A stretch of DNA of 64,000 nt from Candidatus Multivoradales bacterium (GCA_965248925.1 CBDFLE010000005.1:448001-512000); one strand, 5' to 3'; shown: positions 19,526 to 29,038, numbered from the stretch's first letter. Notes: generated by a model not told the origin, from the sequence alone. Made by a program: numbers and translations.

Positions 19526-21025
19526 TTGAGTCAACCAACAGAAACCGATCGCCCCGCAGAGTTCATCGAACGTCTCGACAGCACCGCCATCGATCTTGAG
19601 CTGCATCAGGCGATGGCGGCCGACAAGCGGCGGCGCTACTTCGATGTCATTATCGAAATCAACCTGGTGCACCCTGGCGGGCGCGAGTGGGTGCGTGATG
19701 AGCTGATCAAGTGGCTGCAAGAGGCCACCGCGAGGAACGCTCGCTGTGGGGTACATTTGCTGAAGAGTGAGTACAGCTCGCGCTTCATCTTCGCTAGTTT
19801 GGCTCGCCGGCAGGTTCGTGCTCTGATCGAGCATGATCGCCGGCCTGACCACAAATGGCTGGTCTACAAGGTCTGGTGGGATGTCGAAATCGAGTCGTTG
19901 CTCACCGAGTCGGTGCGCACGGTCAAGGCCGACGCGGCACGGGCGGCATTTGCCGCCGCTGGCAGCAATGTGGTGTGGGCGGTGGTGGATTCCGGCATCC
20001 AAGGCGACCATCAGCATTTTCAACAGCACCGAAATCTGGACCTTAGAGAGCCCCTACAGCATGCCGACTTCACCACTGCGGCGCTCAGCGCTGAATCACC
20101 CCATGTGCCTTTCGAGCAGCTCCAAGACCCGGCCGGCCACGGCACCCATGTGGCCGGCATCATCGCCGGTGGCAACAAAGGCAAAGACGAGGCTGGCGAT
20201 CGTCGCCCGGTCTACGCCTCGATTCGCACTCGCGACGTCAACAACAAGACCGCTCATGAACGCAAACCTCTAAAGTCGATCTGGGGAGTCGCGCCGCGCT
20301 GCAAATTGGTCAGCTTGCGGGTCCTTGACGAGCGTGGCAAGGGAAAAGTCAGCAACATCATTGCCGCGCTGGGTTACATCCAGAAAATCAACAATCACGG
20401 CCGCTGGTTGCACATCCATGGAGTCAACCTGAGTGTTGGTTACGAATTTGAAGCCGAGGCCTTTGCCTGCGGCCACAGCCCGCTGTGCGTGGCGGTCGAT
20501 CGGCTGGTGCGCAGCGGCGTGGTGGTGGTGACCGCCGCCGGCAACTCGGGCTATGGCCCGGTGCTGGTCGGCAAGCGGGGTGGCAAATCCTTCCGCACCT
20601 CCCAAGACTTGACGATCAACGATCCGGGCAACGCTGAAATGGCGATTACGGTAGGAGCCACCCACCGTGAAAAGCCGCATATGTATGGCGTGTCTTATTT
20701 TTCATCGCGGGGCCCAACCGCTGACGGTCGCTGGAAGCCCGACCTAGTGGCGCCGGGGGAGAAGATCATCTCCTGCGCCGCCGACTCCAAGACCGAATCG
20801 ATCGATGGCTTGGCTTGCACCTACCGCGAAGATAGCGGTACTAGCATGGCGGCGCCGCACGTCTCCGGCGCGGTGGCGGCGTTCTTGTCGATTCGCAAGG
20901 AGTTCATGGGGGAGCCAGAGCGGGTCAAAGAAATCTTCCTCGCCACCGCCACGGACTTGGGACGTGAACGTTACTTTCAAGGCCATGGTCTGCTCGACCT
21001 GATGCGAGCCATTCAATCCGTTTGA
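19526..21025 (+). CDS. cytoplasmic S8 (subtilisin-like) serine peptidase
   Basis: Triad VVDSGI / HGTHVAGII / GTSMAAPHV, oxyanion AAGNSG; GAGGAGG RBS; no signal peptide; about 130-aa N-terminal pro-region. Confidence 0.93.
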   Translation: MSQPTETDRPAEFIERLDSTAIDLELHQAMAADKRRRYFDVIIEINLVHPGGREWVRDELIKWLQEATARNARCGVHLLKSEYSSRFIFASLARRQVRALIEHDRRPDHKWLVYKVWWDVEIESLLTESVRTVKADAARAAFAAAGSNVVWAVVDSGIQGDHQHFQQHRNLDLREPLQHADFTTAALSAESPHVPFEQLQDPAGHGTHVAGIIAGGNKGKDEAGDRRPVYASIRTRDVNNKTAHERKPLKSIWGVAPRCKLVSLRVLDERGKGKVSNIIAALGYIQKINNHGRWLHIHGVNLSVGYEFEAEAFACGHSPLCVAVDRLVRSGVVVVTAAGNSGYGPVLVGKRGGKSFRTSQDLTINDPGNAEMAITVGATHREKPHMYGVSYFSSRGPTADGRWKPDLVAPGEKIISCAADSKTESIDGLACTYREDSGTSMAAPHVSGAVAAFLSIRKEFMGEPERVKEIFLATATDLGRERYFQGHGLLDLMRAIQSV

Positions 21026-21037
21026 AGGAGGTTAGCG

Positions 21038-22330
21038 ATGCACGAGATCGAAGGATTCCCCTACCGTGAAGTGCAGCTGCGAAAAGACGGTAGGATCCAC
21101 GACGATGCCGAAGTCGACAACGTGATCGAGAGCATCTTCGGCGGCGGCACGACCGATTTACTGGTCTTTGCCCACGGCTGGAAGAACGATCTGAACGATG
21201 CTCGCGGCATCTATCGCCAGCTCGCTCGCCGGCTGCGCGAGCAGATCGATGGGGGCTTCGATATTGGCAATCGTAAGTTGGCGATTCTGGGCTGGTTGTG
21301 GCCAGCAAAGAAATTCACCGACCCGGAGCTGATCGTCGGTGGTGGCGCCTCGGCGGACGATGACGACATGAAGGAACTCTTCGCCGATCTCGAAGACTTC
21401 TTCGACGCCGCCGATGCCGATGCCAAGCTGGCTCAGCTACACCAGCTGCTCAATCAAGAAGATCCCGATTTCGCCGTGGTTGCCGATTTGATAGGTCATT
21501 TGGTGGAGCCCGACGACATCGGCGACGATTTGGCGCTAGAGCTGTCGCCAGAGTTCTTCAGCGACTCGGCCGAGGAGGTGCTCGACACCCTTTCCAAGCC
21601 CACGCTCGGTGATGTGCTGGGCAATGCGCCAGGGGATGATGAGGTTGGGGGCGGTCAAGCCGGTCTGTTCGGCGACCTGCTCGGCGGCATCCGCTCCGGC
21701 GCCCGCAAGTTCCTCAACGCAACGACGTATTACCAAATGAAAAAGCGGGCTGGCGTGGTCGGTTCTCGGGGTGGCCTTGACATCCTGAAGCGTATTCGCC
21801 AGATCCATCCCCAGCTGCGTTTACACCTGGTCGGCCACAGTTTCGGTGGCAGAGTAGTGGCGGCCGCCGCCACTGGCCCCAACGGCGTCTCAGATCTCGA
21901 GATTGACAGCCTTAGTCTGTTGCAAGCAGCTTTTTCCCACCACGGCTTGGGCCGCACCAAGGACGGCAAAGAAGGATTCTTCCGCCCGGTGGTGGCGCAG
22001 CAGCGAGTGCGTGGTCCGATTCTCATCACCCACACCAAGAACGACCAGGCGGTCCAGTTGCCTTACGCCATCGCCTCCCGCCTGACCGGTCAAGACGCCG
22101 CCGCCGTCGGCGATGCTGAGGACTCCTATGGCGCCATCGGCAGCAACGGTGCCCAAGGCACGCCGGAAGTCGATGTCGACAACAAGCTGCTGCTAGATCC
22201 TGGTGGGATCTACGCTTTCGCCGCTCACAAACCCCACAACCTGCTTGCCGACGCGCACATCCCGAGCCACAACGAGGTCGCTCAGCCAGCGGTGGCCAAC
22301 GTTATCTTGCAGGCGGTGTTACAGAGTTGA
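21038..22330 (+). CDS. alpha/beta-fold hydrolase with internal acidic insert
   Basis: FAHGWKN, LWPAKKF, TYYQMKKRAG, GHSFG nucleophile elbow, LLQAAFS, ND, SHNE; AAGGAGG RBS; 12 bp after the S8 stop. Confidence 0.85.
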   Translation: MHEIEGFPYREVQLRKDGRIHDDAEVDNVIESIFGGGTTDLLVFAHGWKNDLNDARGIYRQLARRLREQIDGGFDIGNRKLAILGWLWPAKKFTDPELIVGGGASADDDDMKELFADLEDFFDAADADAKLAQLHQLLNQEDPDFAVVADLIGHLVEPDDIGDDLALELSPEFFSDSAEEVLDTLSKPTLGDVLGNAPGDDEVGGGQAGLFGDLLGGIRSGARKFLNATTYYQMKKRAGVVGSRGGLDILKRIRQIHPQLRLHLVGHSFGGRVVAAAATGPNGVSDLEIDSLSLLQAAFSHHGLGRTKDGKEGFFRPVVAQQRVRGPILITHTKNDQAVQLPYAIASRLTGQDAAAVGDAEDSYGAIGSNGAQGTPEVDVDNKLLLDPGGIYAFAAHKPHNLLADAHIPSHNEVAQPAVANVILQAVLQS

Positions 22331-22352
22331 GAGGCGTGGTGGCCGGTATCTG

Positions 22353-22380
22353 TCCCTGGGAGCTTTGTCCGACCCAGGGA
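22353..22380 (+). terminator. possible terminator hairpin after the S8/hydrolase operon
   Basis: TCCCTGGG / CCCAGGGA 8-bp stem followed by ATTTCT. Confidence 0.35.
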
Positions 22381-22416
22381 ATTTCTCCTAGGACCGGAAC
22401 GACTCCCAAGGATTGT

Positions 22417-22451
22417 CCTCTACCTCTACCTCTACCTCTACCTCTACCTCT
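22417..22451. repeat. hexamer tandem repeat (CCTCTA)x5.8
   Basis: Read directly from the sequence. Confidence 0.95.
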
Positions 22452-22660
22452 GGGCCTGGTTTTGGCACTTACTCGCTTGATTCGGTTGACTTGCTGCTGA
22501 AGATCGGCGGTGCCGGCTCCGTGGAGGTATCCCCACGATCCTTGGCATCAAAGTTGCTACAGTTGCAGGTCGATCTCGCATCTCGATTTCGAATCCGGCC
22601 AGGCCGTTTCGAAGCCGTCTCAAGGCGGCCCTCGGTAAGAAGCCCGGCTGTGTTGCTTAA
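22452..22660 (-). pseudogene. possible remnant of a four-helix-bundle (S23/bAvd-like) protein
   Basis: Frameshifted translation EIDLQL..AKDRG/YLHGAGTADLQQQVNRIKRV resembles the C-terminal half of that family; contains stops; 5' end cut by IS1380. Confidence 0.35.
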
Positions 22661-22661
22661 A

Positions 22662-22989
22662 CCTAGATTGAGCGGTTTAAACCACAATAATCCCCCACCT
22701 GCTGTGCTAAACTGCTGACATTGAAACCGTTAGCAGTAATTGGCGAAGTGACTCGCCACAACCCAACAGGTGGAAGATCAAGATGAAGTTTATCACGGCC
22801 CCGAAGAGCCTGCACGCCATCACCAAGATTGAGGTAACCCCCGATTCTCTGACTGGCCGAGCAGGGCTAAACCTTTTCGTGCGATACCTGGACAGCATTT
22901 GTATCCAACCGCTTCTGCAGCATCTATTCGGCCGACTGCGCAAGAGCAGCAAGGGCCTGCCGATCGTCGACATCTTCAAACAGGTTTTC
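22662..22989 (+). mobile_element. IS1380-family left-end fragment (truncated transposase from 22783)
   Basis: Begins CCTAGATT like ISEcp1-type IRL; N-terminus KIEVTPDSLTGRAGLNLFVRYL..RKSSKGLP..IFKQ; breaks at the ISL3 end. Confidence 0.7.
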
Positions 22990-24406
22990 CTCTTCTCAAC
23001 TTGCAGTGGGTACCGGAGGCTGTAGTTTGATGCCGCCACAGTTGAGGAAGATCATGGCAGAGAGTGCTTGATGGGAGTGGAAACCAAAAGCACGTCGGGC
23101 GATCATTCTGATCTTCCCGTTGATGCCTTCGACGAGTCCATTGGTGAGGCGTGTTCTGATGTAGGCGAGAATGCCGACCCGGTGTTTGCGGATCGTTCGA
23201 GCGGCCTTGACAAAGGGCTTGAGCTTAGATCTCGACGCCCAAGCCAGCCATTCTCCAAGTTCCATCTCTGCTCGCCAGGGTTGGCGATAGTCGAGGGCTT
23301 GAGCCAACGTCTCCTTGAGGAGGTAAGCCCGGTATAGCCGCCGGTTCTTAGCTTGGATCTCCGCGAGCTTACTGCGCTGGTTGCAACTCAAGTTCCAAGG
23401 ATTCTTGAGCAGGACGTAGCGCGTGCTCTTGACGGCTCGGGCCCTCTCGGGATCGATCGCCAGCTCGCGGACGATGCTGCGCCGCACTTCGTCAACCGGG
23501 TCGGAGGCCAAACGCTGTACATGGAAGCGATCGAAGACGACTTCCGCTTTCGCCAGCCCTTCACGGGCGGCCTTGATGAAGGCTGCGGAAAGGTCGATGG
23601 TGACCGTCTCGATCTTCTGGCACTGCTCCTCGCCGAGGAGTTCGAAGAAGGGCGCCAGAGTCTCGGAACTCTTGCCTTCGCCCGTCCAAACGACGCGACG
23701 GCGGTCATGGTCGACGACAATCGTCAAGTACCGATGCCGCTTACGATAGCTGAACTCATCGATGCCAATCCGGCGCAGACCCAGAAGGCGCTCAGGATCG
23801 AGGCGACGCGCCACGACCCGCTCGACGATCGAACCGACTGTTTGCCAAGAGATGGCGAGGAGTCGTTGGACTTGAGTCTTGTCGGTGACCTGCGCCAGAT
23901 AAGCGGCCATCTCCTCAAAGTCGTAGGTGAAGCGGCTACCCCGGTCGGCCCAGGGCACCCGCTCGACGCGTACACCGCAATTGCGGCAGTTCACCCGCCA
24001 AGGCTCATAGATCAGCTCCACAGACGCCCGTCCCCACGGGACATGCCGCCACCGGCGTAGAGGTCGGCGGTCATACCGCGAAGCCTTCCGGCCGCAGTGC
24101 CCGCACCGGGAAATACGCCAGGTTGGCCGGACCTGGATCGCGAGTCCCCCCTCGACGGTGAACGCGACCTCTTCGACGTACATCTTCGTGACAGCAAGAA
24201 GGCGACGGAATACAGTAGTGATGCGCATGGGGTGACCCCTCCTCCTCGGTTTTGTAGTACTTCCAAGGAGAACAGGAAACCCTGTGCGTTTTCAACTACT
24301 TACAGCCTCGTCATTTCGCCATGCTTGCTGCCGGTCGTCCTCGCCCGTCTATGGGCGGCCGGCAGCAAGTGTGGCGAAATCCACCCACTCCTATTTGAGG
24401 AGAGCC
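22990..24406 (-). mobile_element. ISL3-family insertion sequence
   Basis: Imperfect IRs: GGCTCTCCTCAAATAGGAGTGGGT at the 24406 end versus CTCTTCTCAACTTGCAGTGGGT at 22990 (terminal GG missing); no TSD. Confidence 0.8.
22996..24228 (-). CDS. ISL3 family transposase
   Basis: Zn finger CGHC..CRNC, IGIDEFSYRK, TIDLS, FDRFHV, TNGLVEGINGKI. Confidence 0.95.
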   Translation of the reverse strand: MRITTVFRRLLAVTKMYVEEVAFTVEGGLAIQVRPTWRISRCGHCGRKASRYDRRPLRRWRHVPWGRASVELIYEPWRVNCRNCGVRVERVPWADRGSRFTYDFEEMAAYLAQVTDKTQVQRLLAISWQTVGSIVERVVARRLDPERLLGLRRIGIDEFSYRKRHRYLTIVVDHDRRRVVWTGEGKSSETLAPFFELLGEEQCQKIETVTIDLSAAFIKAAREGLAKAEVVFDRFHVQRLASDPVDEVRRSIVRELAIDPERARAVKSTRYVLLKNPWNLSCNQRSKLAEIQAKNRRLYRAYLLKETLAQALDYRQPWRAEMELGEWLAWASRSKLKPFVKAARTIRKHRVGILAYIRTRLTNGLVEGINGKIRMIARRAFGFHSHQALSAMIFLNCGGIKLQPPVPTAS

Positions 24407-24530
24407 ACTTTTCTGATGCCCTTGCTAGTGCTGATCGGAGCAACAGACGACGGCAGGAAGGAGCTGATTGCTGTCGAGGATGGATACCGCGAGAGCGAGG
24501 CCTCATGGATGGAGATGCTCCGTGGCCTAG
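24407..24530 (+). pseudogene. IS256-family transposase internal fragment (part 1)
   Basis: LLVLIGATDDGRKELIAVEDGYRESEASW. Confidence 0.8.
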
Positions 24531-26027
24531 CAGCCCGTGGCAGAAGTCCGTTTCTACAAAATGTGGCCTAAATTGAGGCCAGCCGGCGCAGGTGGTCTGA
24601 TCGAAGATCTTAGTGGCCAATATCCGCTCTCGTGCGGCAGAAGCCAGCTCAGCAAGCTACATACGGCGCGAAAGCCCTGTTCGAGAGCCGAAAGAAAGCC
24701 CTGAAGGGCCCGTGGAGTGCCGGCTCCATACATTTGACGAAGCAGCAGCCCAAGATTGAATCCCGCGATGTGAATCAGCAACCTTTTGCGGATGTTGTCG
24801 TGACCTCGAAGGTGGGTCCTTCTCATACCGCCAGTCTCGTAGCAATGGGCAAAGGTGCGTTCTACTTTCTCTCCTCGACGCCGCGACAGCTCGCGGCCTC
24901 GACGACCCTTGATCCGTCGACGGTTGGCATACACCGCTTGCTTCTCCGCCTCTTTGCCGCACCAGTTGCGTCGGCCTCGATCCGGTTCCGAAATATAGGT
25001 TCGAATCTTCCCTTGACGCTGTGCCTTCATGACCGCGTTACTGTGATAGCCCTTGTCAGCCACCAGCTCTGAACGGACTTTCTCGCTCAAGTGATCGCCA
25101 GCCTCCGAATCCTCAACGACATCTTCCAGCACCGCAGCGACTTCATCCAACGTCCGCTCTAGGCTCGACGTGTCCCCTCGGTCTGCAGGTTGCACCGTCA
25201 CCGCCACAACCGCACCCGTCTCCATATCCACCGCATGCTCGGCTTTGTGCGCCAGATGCGTCCGCCCATCCTTCATTCGCGTGACTTTGGCGTCGGGATC
25301 GTGGGGGTTCTTCCAGTCGCCGTTCGACGTCTTTTTGTTCTTCCTTTGGCGGTCAAAACGCGCCAGATCCGCTCGCGTCGGGGTCTCCACACCCGAAGCC
25401 TCGGCCAGGCGCGTGAGAAACTCTTCGTAGCTCTCGCCCGAGTCTCGACGCACGATGCTGCGCATCGCCGCGTTCGCCTCGAGGGTCGTCGCATCGATGC
25501 CCAGCGTCTTTCCCCGGAGCAAGCCAGCCTTCGCCAGTACTTGCAAAGCCCAAGCAAACACCGCCTCATGGGTCTCGAGATCGATCAGGCGACGGGTCCG
25601 AGAGAGCGTCGAATGGTCCGGGGTCTGGTCCGAGAGTTCGAAGCCCAGAAAGTCGCGCAGAGTCATCGAATCCGCAAGCCGCCATGCGATACCTCGCTCA
25701 GAGTCGATACCCTCGAAGAAGCCGATCAACAGCAACCGAAAATACACCGCGGGCGCCAGCGAAGGCCGTCCCATCCTCGTAGCGTAAAACCTCGCGCACT
25801 GCTCCTCGATAAAGCGATCGAAACCGTGCTTGTCGAGAATCTTGGACAGACGCTCGTAGAAAGGATGTCCTGGGGACTTGGCCAGCGCCTGGGTTTCCAC
25901 CTAGAGCTGCCGCTGTCTTCGTTTGCTTCGCCTGCCCATCGCCATGGTCGCTACCTCCCTCGGGTGGAAAGATTCTACCGGGGAAGATCGCCAAGACGGC
26001 CGTAATCGGGACTTTCACCACGGGCTG
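24531..26027 (-). mobile_element. IS5/IS1182-type insertion sequence (1497 bp)
   Basis: IRs CAGCCCGTGG-N3-AAGTCC at both ends; CTAG duplicated at 24527-24530 and 26028-26031. Confidence 0.9.
24554..25945 (-). pseudogene. IS1182-like transposase (DUF772 + DDE) with an early in-frame TAG
   Basis: AGGGAGGT RBS + ATG 25945 gives MAMGRRSKRRQRQL*VETQ..PGHPFY; GIDSERGIAWR, IDATTLEANA, ADKGY; GTG at 25900 could restart a 448-aa product. Confidence 0.8.
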
Positions 26028-26183
26028 CTAGAGGCCCGCGGTCTCACCACCGAACCCGCATTGGCCATCGGCGACGGAGCACTCGATTTCTGGAAGGCGC
26101 TGGCTCAGGTCTGGGGCAATACAAGAAAGCGGCGTTGCTGGGTGCACAAGACTGGAAACGTCCTATCAAGCTATTGGTTATGA
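26028..26183 (+). pseudogene. IS256-family transposase internal fragment (part 2)
   Basis: LAIGDGALDFWKAL..RCWVHKTGNVL; in frame with part 1 once the IS1182 is removed. Confidence 0.8.
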
Positions 26184-26270
26184 GGCTATCCATGGGGCGT
26201 TCTCACTCTTCGGGTCGGTCATTCAGGATCCGGTCTATCCTTCTCGTTGGTCGCGGCAAGATACCAAAAC

Positions 26271-28982
26271 TCACTGATTTGATGAAAGGTCTTGCTCAAG
26301 GGCTGGGTCCATAACAACCCGCAAACCCACGTACTCAGCAGCCGCGGGTGTGCTGTTGTCGTCGGGCCGCTCAGCGCTGGCGCCGATGACAATGCCCGTG
26401 CCGTCTTCATCGACCGCCCACTCGGCGGCATTGCCATCGAGGTCGAAGACCATCGGTTTGCCCTGGCCACTCAAAGTTCCCACCGGCAGCAACAGCGGCG
26501 CGGTGCCGGGTAGATTGTTGCTGGCGGCGGTGAGCCGTGCGGCGTCGGCGGGGTTGGGCGCGTAGCCCGCCCAGCGGTCGAGGGTGTTGCCGCCTTTGCC
26601 AGCGATTTTTTCGGCCTCGTCGCGAGTGGGCAGGCGGAAGGCTCGTCCGGTGCGCCGGGCCAGGCGCTGGACGTATTCCTGCGCTTGCTCGAAGGTCAGA
26701 CCGGTGGCTGGGTAGTTGCCGTCGGTGGCTGCCGCGGCACTGCCGTCGATAGCTGCGAGCTGGGCACGGGTGAGTTCGAAACGGCCGATTTGCATTCGCT
26801 TGTAGAGCACTGTCTCGGGCACCAGCAGGCCCTGGTGGTCGGTGCCGTAGAAGTCGCCTTGGCGAGCGGCTGCTTGGCGGGCTAACAGCGCGCTCAGCAG
26901 CGAACCGTCGGCCAAGTGTGAAGTCTCTTGGAGTGGTTTGTTGAACAGGTATTGGTCGAACCAGGCGAGGTCTTCTTGCAGCTTGCGGCGCTGGTGGGCG
27001 GGTTGGCGCAGGCCGTGGGGTTCTCCGGGGTAGACCGCCAGCCGTGCTGGCGCTTTGCCGATCTGCTGCAAGGCGCGGAACAACGACCAGCTTTGGTGTG
27101 GCGGCACGTTCACATCCTCTGTGCCGGTGTGGATCAGGGTGGCCGCGGTCACTTTTCCGAGGCGGAAGAAGGGCGATTTTTCGATGTAGACCTCGAGCTT
27201 CTCCCACGGCGGGCCACCGAAGTAGTAATTATCGAACGAGGCGCCGAAGTCGACATTGGCCCAGTCGCTGATCCACTCGACATCGGCGGCGCCCACCGAG
27301 GCGGCTTTGAAGCGTGGGTCCACGGTGATCAGCTCGGCGCTGAGAATGCCGCCATTGGACCAGCCCACGGTGCCCATCTGTTCCGGATCGACCAAGCCTT
27401 CGTCGATCAGCATTTTGACTCCGGACAGCAAGTCGGGAATCTCCAGCTCGTAGTAGCGCTCGCGAATCGACTCGACCCATTCGAGGCCGTAGCCGGCCGA
27501 ACCGTGGTAGTTGACTTGCAGCACGAAGGCACCGCGTTGCCGCCACAGGATGTTGGCGCCGGCGTAGCGTTCACTCCAAGTGTCGCGATCGGTGCCGGCA
27601 GGGCCGCCATGGATGTCTAAGATCAGCGGCTGCCGCTCGCCTTCCTGCCAATCGAGGGGGTAGTGCAGCAAGCCCTCGACTTGCTCGTCGAGGGCGCCGG
27701 TCCAATGCCGCACTTCGACCCGGCCAGTGGGTTTGTCGGCGAAGCTCAGGTTGAGTTCAGTCAACTGTTGGCCGCTGCCTAGGTGCTGACCTTCTAGGCT
27801 GGCGACGAACCACTGCGGCGGGCGGGTAGCGCTGGAGTTGCGATAGACCACCGTGCCGCCGTCGCGGCTGGCTCGCCAGTTGTCGAGATGGACGATGTCG
27901 TCGCCGCTGAGGTCGAGCCGTCGCCAGCCGTCGCCGTGGCGTTCGATCAGTGCTGGCCGATAGTGGATGCCGTCGGCAAGCAAGGCGAGTACACCTCGCT
28001 CAGTGACGGCGAAGCCGCGGCCAATGCCGCGGGGCCAGTCCATATCGACCTGCTCACTTTGGCGATTGCTGAGACCGTAGTGCCAAAGCTGGCTGATCGC
28101 CGCGGCTGAGTATTGGGGATGGGTGTTGTACTCCTCGGTGTAGAAGAAGCTCTGCGAATTCGGCTGCCAGGCTAATCCGTCCGGCGGTCGCCGAGAGCCA
28201 TCGAAAAGAGTCTCCATCTGGCCACTGTCAAGGTCGACCAGGTAGGTTTTGGGCGCCACCTTCTCGTCGAATTGATAGGACAGACTCTGCGCCGCTACCA
28301 CCACCGCCCGCTGCCCGTCAGGGGATATCGCCAGGTCGACAATCCAATCTTCGTTGTCGGTCAGCCGCTTTGCCTTGCCCTCCAGGTCGAGGCGAAAAAG
28401 GCGTACCGGTGCCTGATGCTCGGCATCGTCGACAATCCGCGTATCGTCTTTGGTTTTCTTGCGTTCGGCGTGCCAGCGACTAGGCGACTCTTCGGCCACG
28501 GCGATCAGCTGCTGGCTACCAGCCCAGCCAAAGTCCTGCACCGGTCGGTCGAGATGGCTGAGAGCGAAGGCCTCGCCACCAGCCAGCGGCAGCAGCCAAA
28601 TCTGCGGCCGGGTTTCCTTGCTGATCTTCTTCTGGTCGGCGGGCGACTGGCGATTCGAGAGGAAGGCGAGGTAGCGGCCATCGGGGGAGAAGCGGGGCGA
28701 CGACACCCGGTCGCCGCCGCGGGTCAGCTGGCGTCTCTCGGCGGTTTCCAAGTCGCTCCACCAGAGCTCCACTAGCTGCTTGTCTTCACCCTTCATGGTG
28801 GCGATGCGCGAGCGCACCCAAGCCGCTTGCCGGCCGTCGGCGGAGAGCACCCAGCTGCGGGCTCGTTCGGTGTGGATCAGCGCTTCGATTGTCCATTCGG
28901 GCGCCGCTGAGACGGCGCTGCTAGTGGTCAGAACGAGGGCAATCAGCAATGGAGTCACGGCGTTCACATACATCTGTCGCAA
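26271..28982 (-). CDS. secreted S9 (prolyl oligopeptidase family) peptidase with C-terminal FGE/SUMF1-like domain
   Basis: Signal peptide, beta-propeller repeats, HGGP, GWSNGG, ED..VP, GEPHG; tail with FRLPT..E, DLDGNAAEW, GLRVV. Confidence 0.88.
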   Translation of the reverse strand: MRQMYVNAVTPLLIALVLTTSSAVSAAPEWTIEALIHTERARSWVLSADGRQAAWVRSRIATMKGEDKQLVELWWSDLETAERRQLTRGGDRVSSPRFSPDGRYLAFLSNRQSPADQKKISKETRPQIWLLPLAGGEAFALSHLDRPVQDFGWAGSQQLIAVAEESPSRWHAERKKTKDDTRIVDDAEHQAPVRLFRLDLEGKAKRLTDNEDWIVDLAISPDGQRAVVVAAQSLSYQFDEKVAPKTYLVDLDSGQMETLFDGSRRPPDGLAWQPNSQSFFYTEEYNTHPQYSAAAISQLWHYGLSNRQSEQVDMDWPRGIGRGFAVTERGVLALLADGIHYRPALIERHGDGWRRLDLSGDDIVHLDNWRASRDGGTVVYRNSSATRPPQWFVASLEGQHLGSGQQLTELNLSFADKPTGRVEVRHWTGALDEQVEGLLHYPLDWQEGERQPLILDIHGGPAGTDRDTWSERYAGANILWRQRGAFVLQVNYHGSAGYGLEWVESIRERYYELEIPDLLSGVKMLIDEGLVDPEQMGTVGWSNGGILSAELITVDPRFKAASVGAADVEWISDWANVDFGASFDNYYFGGPPWEKLEVYIEKSPFFRLGKVTAATLIHTGTEDVNVPPHQSWSLFRALQQIGKAPARLAVYPGEPHGLRQPAHQRRKLQEDLAWFDQYLFNKPLQETSHLADGSLLSALLARQAAARQGDFYGTDHQGLLVPETVLYKRMQIGRFELTRAQLAAIDGSAAAATDGNYPATGLTFEQAQEYVQRLARRTGRAFRLPTRDEAEKIAGKGGNTLDRWAGYAPNPADAARLTAASNNLPGTAPLLLPVGTLSGQGKPMVFDLDGNAAEWAVDEDGTGIVIGASAERPDDNSTPAAAEYVGLRVVMDPALEQDLSSNQ

Positions 28983-29038
28983 TCCTCTCTGCCGCGGCCG
29001 GCAGTAGGGTGATGTTGGGGACGGGGCCGGTACCGGGG

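Noticed and set aside
19379-20029. 217-aa N-terminal extension of the symporter ORF
   Set aside because: It is largely the antisense shadow of the S8 gene; the symporter begins at 19378
22417-22451. Repeat as a CRISPR array or a coding Ser/Thr tract
   Set aside because: It is a simple hexamer with no spacers, and the 101-aa plus-strand ORF has no support
22980-24414. Target-site duplication around the ISL3
   Set aside because: The flanks share only TTTTC and belong to different IS remnants
26271-26500. FGE/C-type lectin tail as a diversity-generating retroelement target
   Set aside because: No reverse transcriptase and no template-repeat copy were seen in the window
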